A stretch of 48,457 nucleotides of DNA from assembly GCA_040397155.1 (NCBI GenBank), contig JBBAWP010000003.1, positions 759-49,215 of the forward strand. Reading direction: 5' to 3'. The translations under genes and the position numbers were made by a program. This DNA comes from Candidatus Limnocylindrus sp. GTDB taxonomy: Bacteria > Chloroflexota > Limnocylindria > Limnocylindrales > Limnocylindraceae. Under the pieces are notes generated by a model. It was not told where the DNA came from and did not search any database. It worked only from the letters and a program-made list of their open reading frames with translations. Positions 1 through 9,304 of the stretch are shown here, piece by piece. The first letter of the stretch is position 1. Each line of letters starts with the position of its first letter.

Positions 1-14
1 GAGGTTGCGACTCA

Positions 15-1109
15 TCAGGCACCTCCGCCAAAGACCGTTGCGAGGTCGCCGAGTGTGATCCAGAAGAAGAGGAGCAGCATCGCCAGCGCTCCTGCCGTGA
101 CGAGTGCCTGTTCGACCTTCCTTCCGCGCTCTCCGCCAAGCGCGCGACGAAGGAGGAGTGCGGCGACTCGACCGCCGTCGAGCGGTGGAATAGGGAGCAA
201 GTTCAGGATTGCAAGATTGGCAGAGAGGAGGGCGGCAATCTGAAGGAGCCCACTGAATCCGAGTCGCTCAGCTGCTCCGGCAACACCAACAGCAATCCCA
301 ACTGGCCCCGAGAGTGCTGGGCCTTCTTCGGCACTGCGAAATGGTGCGCTAAAGAGATCGGCGAGCCCACCGATTATTGCTCCCCCCGCTTCAATGGTTC
401 GCTCTGCAGCGAGGCGAACGACATCGGTCACTGGTCGTTCGAGTGGGCCCGCTGGCAGAAGGTCAGCGATACTAATTCCGAGCACTCCTTGGTCGGCCGC
501 CTCTTCAATGGTGCGTAGCCGAAGCGTGATCTCACGAGGGACGTTGGCGCTGCTGAGAATCGTAAGCTGCACATCGGTCCCCGCCGCTTCGCGCAGTCCT
601 ACGAGCGGGGTTTCGAAGCGGTCAAACGGAACGCCGTTGAGTGAAGAGATGCGTTCCCCGGGCAAGATCCCAGCGTTCGCGGCTGGCGATCCCGGCTGCA
701 CATCGGCTAGCAGGAGCTCTCCTCGCTCGGCGAGAGGGCCCGCGAGTACGAACATCAGTGCAAACGCGACAAGAAGATTGACGACGACGCCCGCAAGCAT
801 GACAAGCACTTTTGACGTGAGTGAAGCGCGCTCCCAACCGTCAGGTTCGCTGCTCCCTTCAGTGGCACCTGCCATGCGCACAAAGCCACCGAACGGGAGT
901 GCGTTCAGGGTGAGAAGGGTGCGGGCCCCGCGATGCAGCACCGCAACTCGCGGAGGAAAGCCAATACCAAACTCCTCGACCGCGATCCCCCTGCGACGAG
1001 CCACAATGAGATGCCCTAGCTCGTGGACCACGATCAGCGGGACGACCAGAAGGAGTAGGACGAGAAAGGGTCCTAAAACTCCGCCAACGAGAGCAAGCAG
1101 CTCAGTCAT
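15..1109 (-). CDS. rseP: Site-2 (M50) zinc metalloprotease, RseP/Rip1 family
   Basis: 364-aa ORF. N-terminal TM helix followed by an HELGH zinc motif (VVHELGHLIVARRRG), a central PDZ-like segment, and a C-terminal NLLPIPPLDGG motif. Lies directly downstream of dxr, as in many Gram-positive genomes. Confidence 0.88.
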   Translation of the reverse strand: MTELLALVGGVLGPFLVLLLLVVPLIVVHELGHLIVARRRGIAVEEFGIGFPPRVAVLHRGARTLLTLNALPFGGFVRMAGATEGSSEPDGWERASLTSKVLVMLAGVVVNLLVAFALMFVLAGPLAERGELLLADVQPGSPAANAGILPGERISSLNGVPFDRFETPLVGLREAAGTDVQLTILSSANVPREITLRLRTIEEAADQGVLGISIADLLPAGPLERPVTDVVRLAAERTIEAGGAIIGGLADLFSAPFRSAEEGPALSGPVGIAVGVAGAAERLGFSGLLQIAALLSANLAILNLLPIPPLDGGRVAALLLRRALGGERGRKVEQALVTAGALAMLLLFFWITLGDLATVFGGGA

Positions 1110-1162
1110 ACGTTCAGATTACGCCCGCTGCGCTTCGGTTGCTCGGGGCGGCCAGAACCCGA

Positions 1163-2287
1163 TCACGAAGGGCGCCACTGCACCGCGAAGGCTTGCACCT
1201 CATCTCGTAGGCTGCTGAGTGCCTCCACGCTCTCAGGGGCGGCACGTCCACCGAAGCGATCGCACGCATCGCGAAGGAGCGCGGGGATGCCGCCAAATGG
1301 GATCTCCCCCGATGCGAATCTGGAGGTGGCGATGTCGTCGGCAACAATGAGCGTCGCTGGCGCCGCCCCGCCAGCCTCCCCCGCCGCAAGCGCCACCGCA
1401 AGGCCAGGGAAGCGTTGCAGGTCAGGCTCTTCAAAGGTGAGTTCGCGCATGTCAGCAAGGCTGACGGCGCGGGCTGGCTGCTCGCTGCGCTGGGGGTAGT
1501 TCATCGCGTAGCTGATTGGCACGCGCATATCTGGGGCACCGATCTGCGCCTTCATTGAACCGTCCGTAAAGCTTACTGCGCCGTGAAGAAGGCTCTGCGG
1601 ATGCACCATGATCGAAATCCGATCCATTGGCGCTTCAAAGAGGCGATGCGCCTCAATCACTTCGAGCCCCTTGTTCACAAGAGATGCCGAGTCAATCGTG
1701 ATCTTTCCGCCCATCTTCCAGGTCGGATGCTTCAGAGCATCCTCAAATCGCGCGTTCGCGATGCGCGACGCATCCCACGTTCGAAAAGGCCCACCACTCG
1801 CGGTCAGCCAGAAACGCTCCACGCGATCTACTGATTCGCCTGCAAGACACTGCCAGAGGGCCGAGTGTTCGCTATCTACCGGCCGCAGGCGCTCAAGGAT
1901 TGCGGTGCCACGCCGTGCGGCAGCGCTGCGTGCCGCCCCGATCACGAGTTCACCCCCTGCAACGACGGTCTCCTTGTTGGCGATTGCAACGGCCGCGCCA
2001 GCGTGTAACGCACTAATGGTGGCGTGGATGCCCACAAGCCCCGTTGCAGCGGCGACCACGAGATCCGGTGCCGCCCCCAAGATGGCGTCACTCAGTTCCA
2101 CGCCACTGAGTCCTACGAGCCGTTTTGCACCCGGGTACGCGGCTGCTAGCTCCTGAACTGCGGCGCTCTCGCGTCCAACCGCGTATGCAACCAGCTCAAA
2201 GCGGTCTGGTGCATCACGAAGAACCTGCAGCGTCTGCGCACCGATTGATCCGGTCGCGCCGATGATGGCGACTCGCTGCCTACCCAT
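1163..2287 (-). CDS. dxr: 1-deoxy-D-xylulose 5-phosphate reductoisomerase
   Basis: 374-aa ORF. VAIIGATGSIG NADPH-binding N-terminus and the conserved HPTWKMGGKITIDSASLVNKGLEVIEAH block. Its ATG shares one base with the cdsA stop (TGATG). Confidence 0.95.
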   Translation of the reverse strand: MGRQRVAIIGATGSIGAQTLQVLRDAPDRFELVAYAVGRESAAVQELAAAYPGAKRLVGLSGVELSDAILGAAPDLVVAAATGLVGIHATISALHAGAAVAIANKETVVAGGELVIGAARSAAARRGTAILERLRPVDSEHSALWQCLAGESVDRVERFWLTASGGPFRTWDASRIANARFEDALKHPTWKMGGKITIDSASLVNKGLEVIEAHRLFEAPMDRISIMVHPQSLLHGAVSFTDGSMKAQIGAPDMRVPISYAMNYPQRSEQPARAVSLADMRELTFEEPDLQRFPGLAVALAAGEAGGAAPATLIVADDIATSRFASGEIPFGGIPALLRDACDRFGGRAAPESVEALSSLRDEVQAFAVQWRPS

Positions 2288-3138
2288 CAGTTGCCAGCGA
2301 TCAAGATCCGCGCAGCTTCGAGCAGGATCGCAGCAAGAAGCGCCACTGGCGCTGCGAGAAGGAGGCTATCGATTCGATCCAACACGCCACCATGCCCTGG
2401 GATCAGAGTTGCGGAGTTCTTGATGCCAGCCGCACGCTTAAAGAGTGACTCGATAAGGTCGCCTGCCTCAGCGGCGACAGCAACAAGGAAACTTACTGGG
2501 ATTGCCCAGATCAGCGGGGCATCAAGCCAGATGACGGCGGCGGCGGCACCGAGAGCCGTTGCTGTGAGAAGTCCCCCAATCAGCCCCTCAACGCTCTTGC
2601 GCGGGGAGATCAGTGGCGCGAGCTTTCGCCTCCCGAAGCGTCGACCAATTAGGTACGCCCCCGTATCAGCACTCCAAACTACTGCGAGAAGCCACGCGAT
2701 CCATGGGGCGGGTGTATCTCCGCTAAGGAACCCGAAGAGCGGCAAGAGGAGAAGCGGAGAGAGCCAGACGGCGGTTGCGACCGTGCCGAAAAGCGAACGA
2801 GCGTATGGGGCAACGCTCCCGCGCTTGACGCGGAGCGCACGAGTGAGCTGAAGTGCGATCAGCGCAAGCAACGTGAGCACCCAGCAGGCGACCGCTTCCA
2901 CAGGGCCGACGGCGACAAGTGCCGCGAGCGGCCCCACCAAGAGAGCCGCACTCCACGCAGCCGATGCGCCACCCGAGATTGCACCAACGATCTGCGCGCC
3001 TTCGCGCGCCGCGAGCACGATAAGGAGTGCGGTGAGCGGTAGGGTTCCGTACGGCCAGATCAAGAGCCCAGCGGCGAATGGAAGGATGAAGAGCGAGCCG
3101 ACTGCACGCGCCGCAATGCCGCTGCGCTGCAGGCTCAT
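2287..3138 (-). CDS. cdsA: Phosphatidate cytidylyltransferase (CDP-diglyceride synthase)
   Basis: Polytopic membrane ORF with the C-terminal signature SLFKRAAGIKNSATLIPGHGGVLDRIDS. Start placed at ATG 3138, which overlaps the uppS stop as ATGA. The longest ORF (to 3225) would run 90 nt into uppS. Confidence 0.85.
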   Translation of the reverse strand: MSLQRSGIAARAVGSLFILPFAAGLLIWPYGTLPLTALLIVLAAREGAQIVGAISGGASAAWSAALLVGPLAALVAVGPVEAVACWVLTLLALIALQLTRALRVKRGSVAPYARSLFGTVATAVWLSPLLLLPLFGFLSGDTPAPWIAWLLAVVWSADTGAYLIGRRFGRRKLAPLISPRKSVEGLIGGLLTATALGAAAAVIWLDAPLIWAIPVSFLVAVAAEAGDLIESLFKRAAGIKNSATLIPGHGGVLDRIDSLLLAAPVALLAAILLEAARILIAGN

Positions 3139-3884
3139 CGTCCAAACCGCCTGGTGCGCGCCGCGTACGCACGCATCGCTGATTCGAGATCCGCTCCACT
3201 GAAGTCGGGCCAGAGCCCAGGCCATGTCACAAGTTCGGTATATGCGGTCTGCCAGAGGAGAAAGTTTGAGAGTCGCTCCTCCCCACCCGTTCGAATCAGA
3301 AGATCAGGATCAGGAACCCCACTGGTATACAGCGCACCACTGATTGTCTCTTCGTCGATCTTCTCAGCAGTGATTCCTGAGCGGACGATGGTACGAACGG
3401 CATCTACGAGCTCGGTACGGCCACCATAGTTAAACGCAACGTGAAGCTTCATGGAACTCCCTGCAGCGGTGGCATCACAGGCACGTTGAATCCGTTGCGC
3501 CGCCTCCTCCGGGAGTTCATCAAGACGTCCAAGGAAATCAACCGCAATGCCGTTGCTTACAAGTGTCGCCGTCTCACGTTCGATCGTTTGGGCGAGGAGG
3601 GCGAAGAGCTGATTCACCTCACGGTCATCACGACCCCAGTTCTCGCGACTGAATGCGTAGACAGTCAGGTGCGCAATGCCAAGTTCCGCGGCACGAGTGA
3701 TGACGCCTCGCAACGTTTCGGTCCCTGCGGTATGACCGTCAAGTTCATCACGGCCCTGTGCTCGGGCCCAGCGCCGATTTCCGTCCATGATGATGGCGAC
3801 ATGGCGCGGCAGGCCCTGTGCCGCCGGTCCACGGTGGACGAGCGGTGGAGCGTCAACCGGACGATCGACGCTACGCTCGGTCAA
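3135..3884 (-). CDS. uppS: Undecaprenyl (isoprenyl) diphosphate synthase
   Basis: 249 aa. HVAIIMDGNRRWA and LIRTGGEERLSNFLLWQTAYTEL cis-prenyltransferase motifs. Confidence 0.95.
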   Translation of the reverse strand: MTERSVDRPVDAPPLVHRGPAAQGLPRHVAIIMDGNRRWARAQGRDELDGHTAGTETLRGVITRAAELGIAHLTVYAFSRENWGRDDREVNQLFALLAQTIERETATLVSNGIAVDFLGRLDELPEEAAQRIQRACDATAAGSSMKLHVAFNYGGRTELVDAVRTIVRSGITAEKIDEETISGALYTSGVPDPDLLIRTGGEERLSNFLLWQTAYTELVTWPGLWPDFSGADLESAMRAYAARTRRFGR

Positions 3885-4426
3885 CCTTCGAGAACCTCGC
3901 GCTCCTTGGAGGACGCCATGCGGTCGATCTCTGCAATCTTCGCGTCCGTCGCCTTCTGCAAGGCTTCAAGTTGACGCCTTGAATCATCCTCGCCGATCTC
4001 TTTTGACTTCTCGAGCTTCTTGATGGCCTCTTGTTCGTCGCGGCGAGCGTTCCGAATCTCGATGCGTGCCTCTTCGGTCCGCTTCCCCATTTGCTTCACA
4101 AGATCCTTGCGGCGCTCCTCCGTCATGGATGGGACTCGAAGTCGAATGATGTTTCCGTCAACCGCCGGAGTCATTCCGAGCTGGGCGTTATTGAGCGCCT
4201 TCTCGATGGCGGGGATTGCAGTTGGGTCCCACGGCTGCACAACAAGGAGCGTGTTCTCCGGAACGCTGATGCCAGCCATCTGATTTAACGGCGTCTTCGC
4301 GCCGTAGTGGTCAACCGTTATGTGTTCAACAAGTGCCGCGCTCGCTCGCCCCGTGCGAAAGCCACCGAGGTCCTTGCCGAACGCCTCAACGGCTCGGGCC
4401 ATCCGCTCTTCCACGCTTCCGCTCAT
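3881..4426 (-). CDS. frr: Ribosome recycling factor
   Basis: 181 aa, full-length RRF-like sequence ([20 protein letters not shown] ... [16 protein letters not shown]). 4-nt overlaps with both neighbours. Confidence 0.95.
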   Translation of the reverse strand: MSGSVEERMARAVEAFGKDLGGFRTGRASAALVEHITVDHYGAKTPLNQMAGISVPENTLLVVQPWDPTAIPAIEKALNNAQLGMTPAVDGNIIRLRVPSMTEERRKDLVKQMGKRTEEARIEIRNARRDEQEAIKKLEKSKEIGEDDSRRQLEALQKATDAKIAEIDRMASSKEREVLEG

Positions 4427-5157
4427 CGGGTCCCCTCCTTAGAAATCATCGTGCCCACCTCTTCGCCGCGCACCGCCTTCAGCACGTTCTCATGAGTATC
4501 AAGGTCAAAGACCACGATAGGAAGGCCATTCTCCATACAGAGTGACACTGCCGCCGCATCGAGGACCTTGAGGCCCTCTACGAGCACTCGGCCGTAGCTG
4601 ATCGCTGGAATCCTGACCGCGTCGGCATGCACGTGGGGATCCTTGTCATACACCCCGTCCACCTTGGTTGCCTTGAGCATGACCTGGGCGCCAATTTCAA
4701 CGGCGCGAAGCGCTGCTGCGGTGTCCGTGGTGAAGTACGGGTTGCCGGTTCCAGCAACAAAGACCACCACACGACCCTTCTCAATATGGCGGATTGCGCG
4801 GCGGCGGATGTACGGCTCAGCAACCTCATTCATCTCAATCGCTGTCATCACGCGTGTCTCAACGCCTGCGCGCTCCAGCCCATCTTGTAGCGCCAAACCG
4901 TTCATAACGGTTGCCAGCATGCCGATGTGATCTGCTGTGGCCCGCTCCATCCCAGTCGCGCTTGATGCGGTCATCCCCCGGAAGATGTTGCCACCGCCCA
5001 CAACAATGCCTACCTCCACGCCCAAGGCGCGGACACTTTTGACTTGTTCAGCAACGAATGAGAGAACTTTCGGATCAACGCCGTACTGCTGATCGCCGAG
5101 GAGTGCCTCTCCAGAGAGCTTCAGGAGAATGCGGGAGTAGCGCGGCGTTGGCGTCAT
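4423..5157 (-). CDS. pyrH: UMP kinase
   Basis: [11 protein letters not shown] and [10 protein letters not shown] motifs. Start set at ATG 5157 ([17 protein letters not shown]), because the longer ORF to 5256 would overlap tsf. Confidence 0.93.
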   Translation of the reverse strand: MTPTPRYSRILLKLSGEALLGDQQYGVDPKVLSFVAEQVKSVRALGVEVGIVVGGGNIFRGMTASSATGMERATADHIGMLATVMNGLALQDGLERAGVETRVMTAIEMNEVAEPYIRRRAIRHIEKGRVVVFVAGTGNPYFTTDTAAALRAVEIGAQVMLKATKVDGVYDKDPHVHADAVRIPAISYGRVLVEGLKVLDAAAVSLCMENGLPIVVFDLDTHENVLKAVRGEEVGTMISKEGTR

Positions 5158-5188
5158 GGCTGTGCCACGTGGCTCGCCATGGCGCGAC

Positions 5189-5785
5189 TCAGAGCTCCTC
5201 GCCGAGTGCGTAGCGCACGAAGCGACGGACGCGGATGTTCTCGCCGATCGTTGCAACCGCGTTCGTGATCAACTGGCCAACCGTCTCCTCGCCATCACGG
5301 AACGGCTGGTCGAGAAGGCATACCTCTTCAAACCACTTTCGAAGCTGGCCCTCAACAATCTGCGCCCGAACCGACTCTGGCTTCTTGGCAAGCGCCTCAT
5401 CAGCTTCCAGTTCCGCGCGCTTTGCGGCCAGCACATCCGCCGGAATCTGCTCCTGGCTGACGTACTTAGGGCTGAGGCCGGCGATCTGCATGCCGATATC
5501 CTTCACAAGCTTCTGGAACTGCTCGTTACGCGCAACGAAATCTGTTTCGCAGTTGACTTCAAGCAAGACGCCGACGCGACCACCGGTGTGAATGTAGGAG
5601 GAGACGAGCCCCTCACGTGCATCACGTCCAGCCTTCTTTGCAGCGGCGGCGAGCCCTGCCTCTCGAAGCGTGGTGACAGCCTTCTCAACGTCTCCACCAG
5701 CCTCTTCCAGCGCTCGCTTGCAATCCATGAAGCCAGCACCAGTTCGCTCGCGAAGATCCTTTACCGCTTCTGCGCTAATCGCCAT
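5189..5785 (-). CDS. tsf: Elongation factor Ts (short ~200-aa form)
   Basis: N-terminal UBA-like [29 protein letters not shown], then the [10 protein letters not shown] core. Lies downstream of rpsB. Confidence 0.93.
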   Translation of the reverse strand: MAISAEAVKDLRERTGAGFMDCKRALEEAGGDVEKAVTTLREAGLAAAAKKAGRDAREGLVSSYIHTGGRVGVLLEVNCETDFVARNEQFQKLVKDIGMQIAGLSPKYVSQEQIPADVLAAKRAELEADEALAKKPESVRAQIVEGQLRKWFEEVCLLDQPFRDGEETVGQLITNAVATIGENIRVRRFVRYALGEEL

Positions 5786-5811
5786 GACGTACTCCTCTTC
5801 TTCGCTCTGCG

Positions 5812-6687
5812 TTACGCGCTTGGGGCGCTCTCGTCTCGGACGGCAGGCGGGGCTGGCTCCTCGTCAGGCGAGAAGCTCAACGTTCCAGCCGCACTCAGTG
5901 CCGCAACAAGATCGTCCTGTGCATCAGATGCCGCTTGGCTCTCTGGTGCCGCGGCGGCCGCAGCTGCAGCCTCCTGCGCCTCAAGTTCAGGGAGTCGAGC
6001 AGCACGTTCTGCCGCGCCCTCAATGACCGCGTCGGCGACCGCCTTGCAGATCAACTTGATGCACTTAATCGCGTCGTCGTTGACGGGAATCGGGTACTGC
6101 AGCTGATCTGGATTGACGTTGGTGTCGGCAGTCCCAACAACCGGGATGCCAAGCTTGTTGGCCTCTACAGCGGCGAGAGTTTCGCGGCTCGGGTCGATCA
6201 CGAACACCATGCCGGGTGCACGGCGCATGCGGCGCATACCGCCAAGAACTCCGCGCAGCTTCTCAAGCTTGTCGCGAAGCTTCGCCGCCTCCTTCTTTGA
6301 CATCAACTCGAATTCGCCAGCCTGTTCGCGTGCCTCAAGCTGCTCGAGAAGCGTCAGGCGCTTCCGAATCGTGCTGAAGTTCGTGAGCATTCCCCCGAGC
6401 CAGCGCTTGATCACGTATGGCTGACCGGCGCGCGTCGCCTCCTCAAGAATGGGCGCCTGCGCCTGCTTCTTGGTGCCAACGAAGAGGATCGTCTCGCCAT
6501 TTGCGGCGGCTTCGCGAACTGCAACGAGTGCAGCCTCAAGATGCTTCGCACTCTTGGCGAGATCAAGGATATGAATGCCATTTCGCTGGGCATAAATGAA
6601 AGGCGCCATCTTTGGATTCCAGCGCCTGGTCTGATGCCCGAAGTGGGCGCCGACCTCCAGAAGTTCGCGCATCGTAACTGCGGCCAT
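5812..6687 (-). CDS. rpsB: 30S ribosomal protein S2 with a ~65-aa Ala/Glu/Pro-rich C-terminal tail
   Basis: [25 protein letters not shown]-terminus. ATG 6687 is preceded by GAGGAGAAcc. The longest ORF (6726) adds 13 aa with no SD. Confidence 0.92.
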   Translation of the reverse strand: MAAVTMRELLEVGAHFGHQTRRWNPKMAPFIYAQRNGIHILDLAKSAKHLEAALVAVREAAANGETILFVGTKKQAQAPILEEATRAGQPYVIKRWLGGMLTNFSTIRKRLTLLEQLEAREQAGEFELMSKKEAAKLRDKLEKLRGVLGGMRRMRRAPGMVFVIDPSRETLAAVEANKLGIPVVGTADTNVNPDQLQYPIPVNDDAIKCIKLICKAVADAVIEGAAERAARLPELEAQEAAAAAAAAPESQAASDAQDDLVAALSAAGTLSFSPDEEPAPPAVRDESAPSA

Positions 6688-6789
6688 GGTTCTCCTCATC
6701 ACGGTTATGCCACCGCGGGACGCCATCGCGACCCCGAGGGGCCACCGTTGCGAGGCGACATGCTCCGCGTGCGTATTCCCTGACCAAGG

Positions 6790-7188
6790 TCAAGGGCTCC
6801 CAATTGGGTGCCGGGTGATCCTACCACCCTCCTCCCACCTCGTCCCCCGCTCGGCCACCCCCCGCACGAGGCGAAGGCGGCGTTCCCCAGGTGGTCCAGC
6901 AACCAGAAGAAGATCAACGCGAGTCAGCCCGCTGATCGCTTCACGCTGGCGGCGCAGTGCGGCGCGCTTCCTCTGGCCAAGGATCTCCGCTGGAGTGGCC
7001 TCCCCGACTCCTAGCCGAGCACGCACCTCAACCGCCACCAGACGGCCGGTCTCGTCACGCGCAAGGATGTCTATCTCTAGCCCTGCGACGCGCAGGTTAC
7101 GCGCCAGGATCTGCCAACCAGCGCTTGCGAGCGCAGCCGCCGCCTCTCGCTCTGCGGCTGCTCCGATTTCCGCCCGGTGGTTTGACAC
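6790..7188 (-). CDS. yraN: YraN/UPF0102 family endonuclease-like protein
   Basis: 132 aa, GTG start. GWQILARNLRVAGLEIDILARD ... LVAVEVRAR matches the UPF0102 pattern and the usual position near rnhB. Confidence 0.75.
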   Translation of the reverse strand: MSNHRAEIGAAAEREAAAALASAGWQILARNLRVAGLEIDILARDETGRLVAVEVRARLGVGEATPAEILGQRKRAALRRQREAISGLTRVDLLLVAGPPGERRLRLVRGVAERGTRWEEGGRITRHPIGSP

Positions 7189-7229
7189 AGGGAGAGACTC
7201 AGCGCTTGGGCGTACCCTCCGCGTATTGG

Positions 7230-7907
7230 CTAGGCGCGGCCTCCGCCGCTTCGGACGATTTGCGCCGCAACTGGGGCATACGTTCGTCGGTGATGTGGCG
7301 TTACGCCAAGCTGATCAAGAGCGGCAAGATGGAGCGGTGCGGGATATCCGGCATTGGAGTCCCATCCATAGCCTGGATATCGCTCGGCGAGCCGCACCAT
7401 CAACTGATCACGAAGCACCTTTGCCACAATGGACGCGCAGGCAATCGAATAGACGCTGGTGTCTCCCTTGATAATGGTTTCGTGTGGGCCGATGAGCGCA
7501 CTCAGTTCGTGCGCCGGTGATCCGTCGACAAGCGCGAACTCAACTCGTCGGCCGAGGCGGCGTTCAAGCGCGTGGACCGCCCGTTGCATGGCAAGGTGGG
7601 ATGCAGCACGTGGATTGAAACGTTCAACCTCTCGCGCCGAAGCGGCACCAAGCCCATAGGCAACCGAAGCACGACGAATGATTGGGTCAAGGTGCTCACG
7701 TTGGTTGCGTGACAGGGCTTTAGAGTCACGAACGCCGCTAATGAGCTCGCCGTCTGGCATGAGGATTGCGCACGCAACAACAGGCCCAGCGAGTGGGGCG
7801 AGCCCAACTTCGTCAATGCCAATAACGGCACGTGCAGGTGAGCCGTGGTGAATCTCTCGCTCGCGAGTTGTTTGTCCGCGGCCACTGCTTGGCCGGGGAG
7901 AGGTCAC
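7230..7907 (-). CDS. rnhB: Ribonuclease HII
   Basis: GIDEVGLAPLAGPVVA and DSKALS motifs. 4-nt overlap with the rplS stop. Confidence 0.9.
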   Translation of the reverse strand: MTSPRPSSGRGQTTREREIHHGSPARAVIGIDEVGLAPLAGPVVACAILMPDGELISGVRDSKALSRNQREHLDPIIRRASVAYGLGAASAREVERFNPRAASHLAMQRAVHALERRLGRRVEFALVDGSPAHELSALIGPHETIIKGDTSVYSIACASIVAKVLRDQLMVRLAERYPGYGWDSNAGYPAPLHLAALDQLGVTPHHRRTYAPVAAQIVRSGGGRA

Positions 7908-8518
7908 GCCTTCGCCTGCTCCGAATCGTCTGCCGCGGCTACCGCTGGCTCTTCTGCAGGCGTCTCTTCAGCAGCCGGTGCGATCTCCGCGGCCACGACA
8001 GGTTCAGCCTCTGGTGCTGCCGCTTCTACAGCAGGTGCAACCGGCGCTTCAGTGGCGACCGCAGCCTCTACGTCTGCTGATGCAGCTTCGGCAACAGCTA
8101 CCTCTTCGACAGCGGCCTCAACGACCGGCTCTACGACGGGCTCAACGTAGACAGGGTTGAGGATCTCGCCAACCTCCGCGCGCTTTTCGCGGAGCGATGA
8201 CTGCTTGCCGACGCGATCGCGAAGGAAGTAGAGCTGCGCACGATGCGATACTCCGTGGCGAACGATCTCAATCTTCTCAATGCGAGGGCTGTGCACCTTG
8301 AAGGTTCGTTCAACCCCTACGCCCGAAGCGATGCGTCGAACGGTGATCGTGAGTCCAAGCCCGCCGCCGCGAAGGCGCATGACCGTCCCCTCAAACACCT
8401 GGATGCGCTCTCGATTCCCCTCGACCACCTTCGCCGACACCTTGACGGTGTCGCCGGTCTTGATCGGAGGCAGATCGCGCTTCATCTGCTCGTTCGTGAT
8501 CGTTCGGATCAAATCCAT
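7904..8518 (-). CDS. rplS: 50S ribosomal protein L19 with a ~90-aa acidic Ala/Val/Glu/Pro C-terminal extension
   Basis: The first ~113 aa are canonical L19 (TGDTVKV ... ERIQVFEGTVMRLRGGG ... RRAQLYFLRDR). The rest is low-complexity. ATG 8518 is preceded by ACGGAGAAccc. Confidence 0.93.
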   Translation of the reverse strand: MDLIRTITNEQMKRDLPPIKTGDTVKVSAKVVEGNRERIQVFEGTVMRLRGGGLGLTITVRRIASGVGVERTFKVHSPRIEKIEIVRHGVSHRAQLYFLRDRVGKQSSLREKRAEVGEILNPVYVEPVVEPVVEAAVEEVAVAEAASADVEAAVATEAPVAPAVEAAAPEAEPVVAAEIAPAAEETPAEEPAVAAADDSEQAKA

Positions 8519-8536
8519 GGGTTCTCCGTGTTGGCT

Positions 8537-8552
8537 CAGCAGGATCCTGCTG
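8537..8552 (-). other. Perfect 16-nt palindrome CAGCAGGATCCTGCTG in the rplS leader
   Basis: Self-complementary 16-mer between the candidate -10 element and the rplS SD. Confidence 0.4.
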
Positions 8553-8564
8553 GTGCGAAGCGGG

Positions 8565-8573
8565 AGGATAGCA
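8565..8573 (-). promoter_or_regulatory. Candidate extended -10 promoter element TGCTATCCT for rplS-rnhB
   Basis: The minus-strand sequence reads TGCTATCCT, 20 nt after the trmD stop and about 46 nt before the rplS ATG. It belongs to the TGCTAYNNT set found at five operon starts in this window. Confidence 0.45.
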
Positions 8574-8593
8574 CAGGGGGGCGAACCCCTCCG

Positions 8594-9304
8594 CTACTCG
8601 CCCTTCTTGGGCGGCGGTGCCCCTTCAAGGAGGTCAGGGCGGCGGGCAGCCGTCCGCTGGCGTGCCTGCTTACCCCTCCAAGCCGCTACAGCAGCGTGAT
8701 TACCCGAGAGGAGGATCTCAGGGACCGCCACCCCGCGGTATTCGGCTGGGCGCGTGTACTGCGGGTACTCAAGCATGTTCGTTGAGAACGACTCTTCGGC
8801 GAGCGATGCGGCATCGATCGCACCTGGGACAAGGCGGAGGAGCGCGTCACAGAGGACGATGGCGGCAGGCTCGCCGCCGGAGAGGACAAAGTCGCCAATG
8901 CTCAGCTCAAGATCAACGTAGGCTCGCACACGTTGGTCAATCCCCTCGTAGCGACCACAGAGGATGATCAGGTGGCCAGCGCCTACAAGGGAGCGCACGC
9001 GTGACTGCTGGAGCCGCTCTCCGCCAGCATCCAAGAGAACTACCGTGCTCCCCTCGGTTCGCAGTGCTTCAATCGCGTCAACCAACGGTTCGGGGCGCAT
9101 CAGCATCCCAGCACCGCCACCGTACGGTTCGTCGTCTACCGCACGATGCTTGCCGATCCCCCACTCGCGGAGGTCATGGACGCGCAGCGACGCGAGGCCA
9201 CGTTCAAGGGCACGTGCAGGGATGCTTGCCGACAGGGCGGCGCGTACCGTCTCAGGGAATAGTGAGACCACATCAATGCGGAGGGCTGGTGTCTGTTCGC
9301 TCAT
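8594..9304 (-). CDS. trmD: tRNA (guanine37-N1)-methyltransferase
   Basis: RIDVVSLFPE, ILLCGRYEGIDQRV and SIGDFVLSGGE motifs. Confidence 0.95.
   Translation of the reverse strand: MSEQTPALRIDVVSLFPETVRAALSASIPARALERGLASLRVHDLREWGIGKHRAVDDEPYGGGAGMLMRPEPLVDAIEALRTEGSTVVLLDAGGERLQQSRVRSLVGAGHLIILCGRYEGIDQRVRAYVDLELSIGDFVLSGGEPAAIVLCDALLRLVPGAIDAASLAEESFSTNMLEYPQYTRPAEYRGVAVPEILLSGNHAAVAAWRGKQARQRTAARRPDLLEGAPPPKKGE

Noticed and set aside
5156-6106. 316-aa plus-strand ORF running antisense across tsf and rpsB
   Set aside because: It lies entirely opposite two unambiguous conserved genes in a high-GC genome, where stop-poor antisense frames are expected. It has no recognisable motifs and a Leu/Arg/Ser-rich mirror composition. 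The same reasoning applies to 394-1218, 1608-2156 and 6686-7471.
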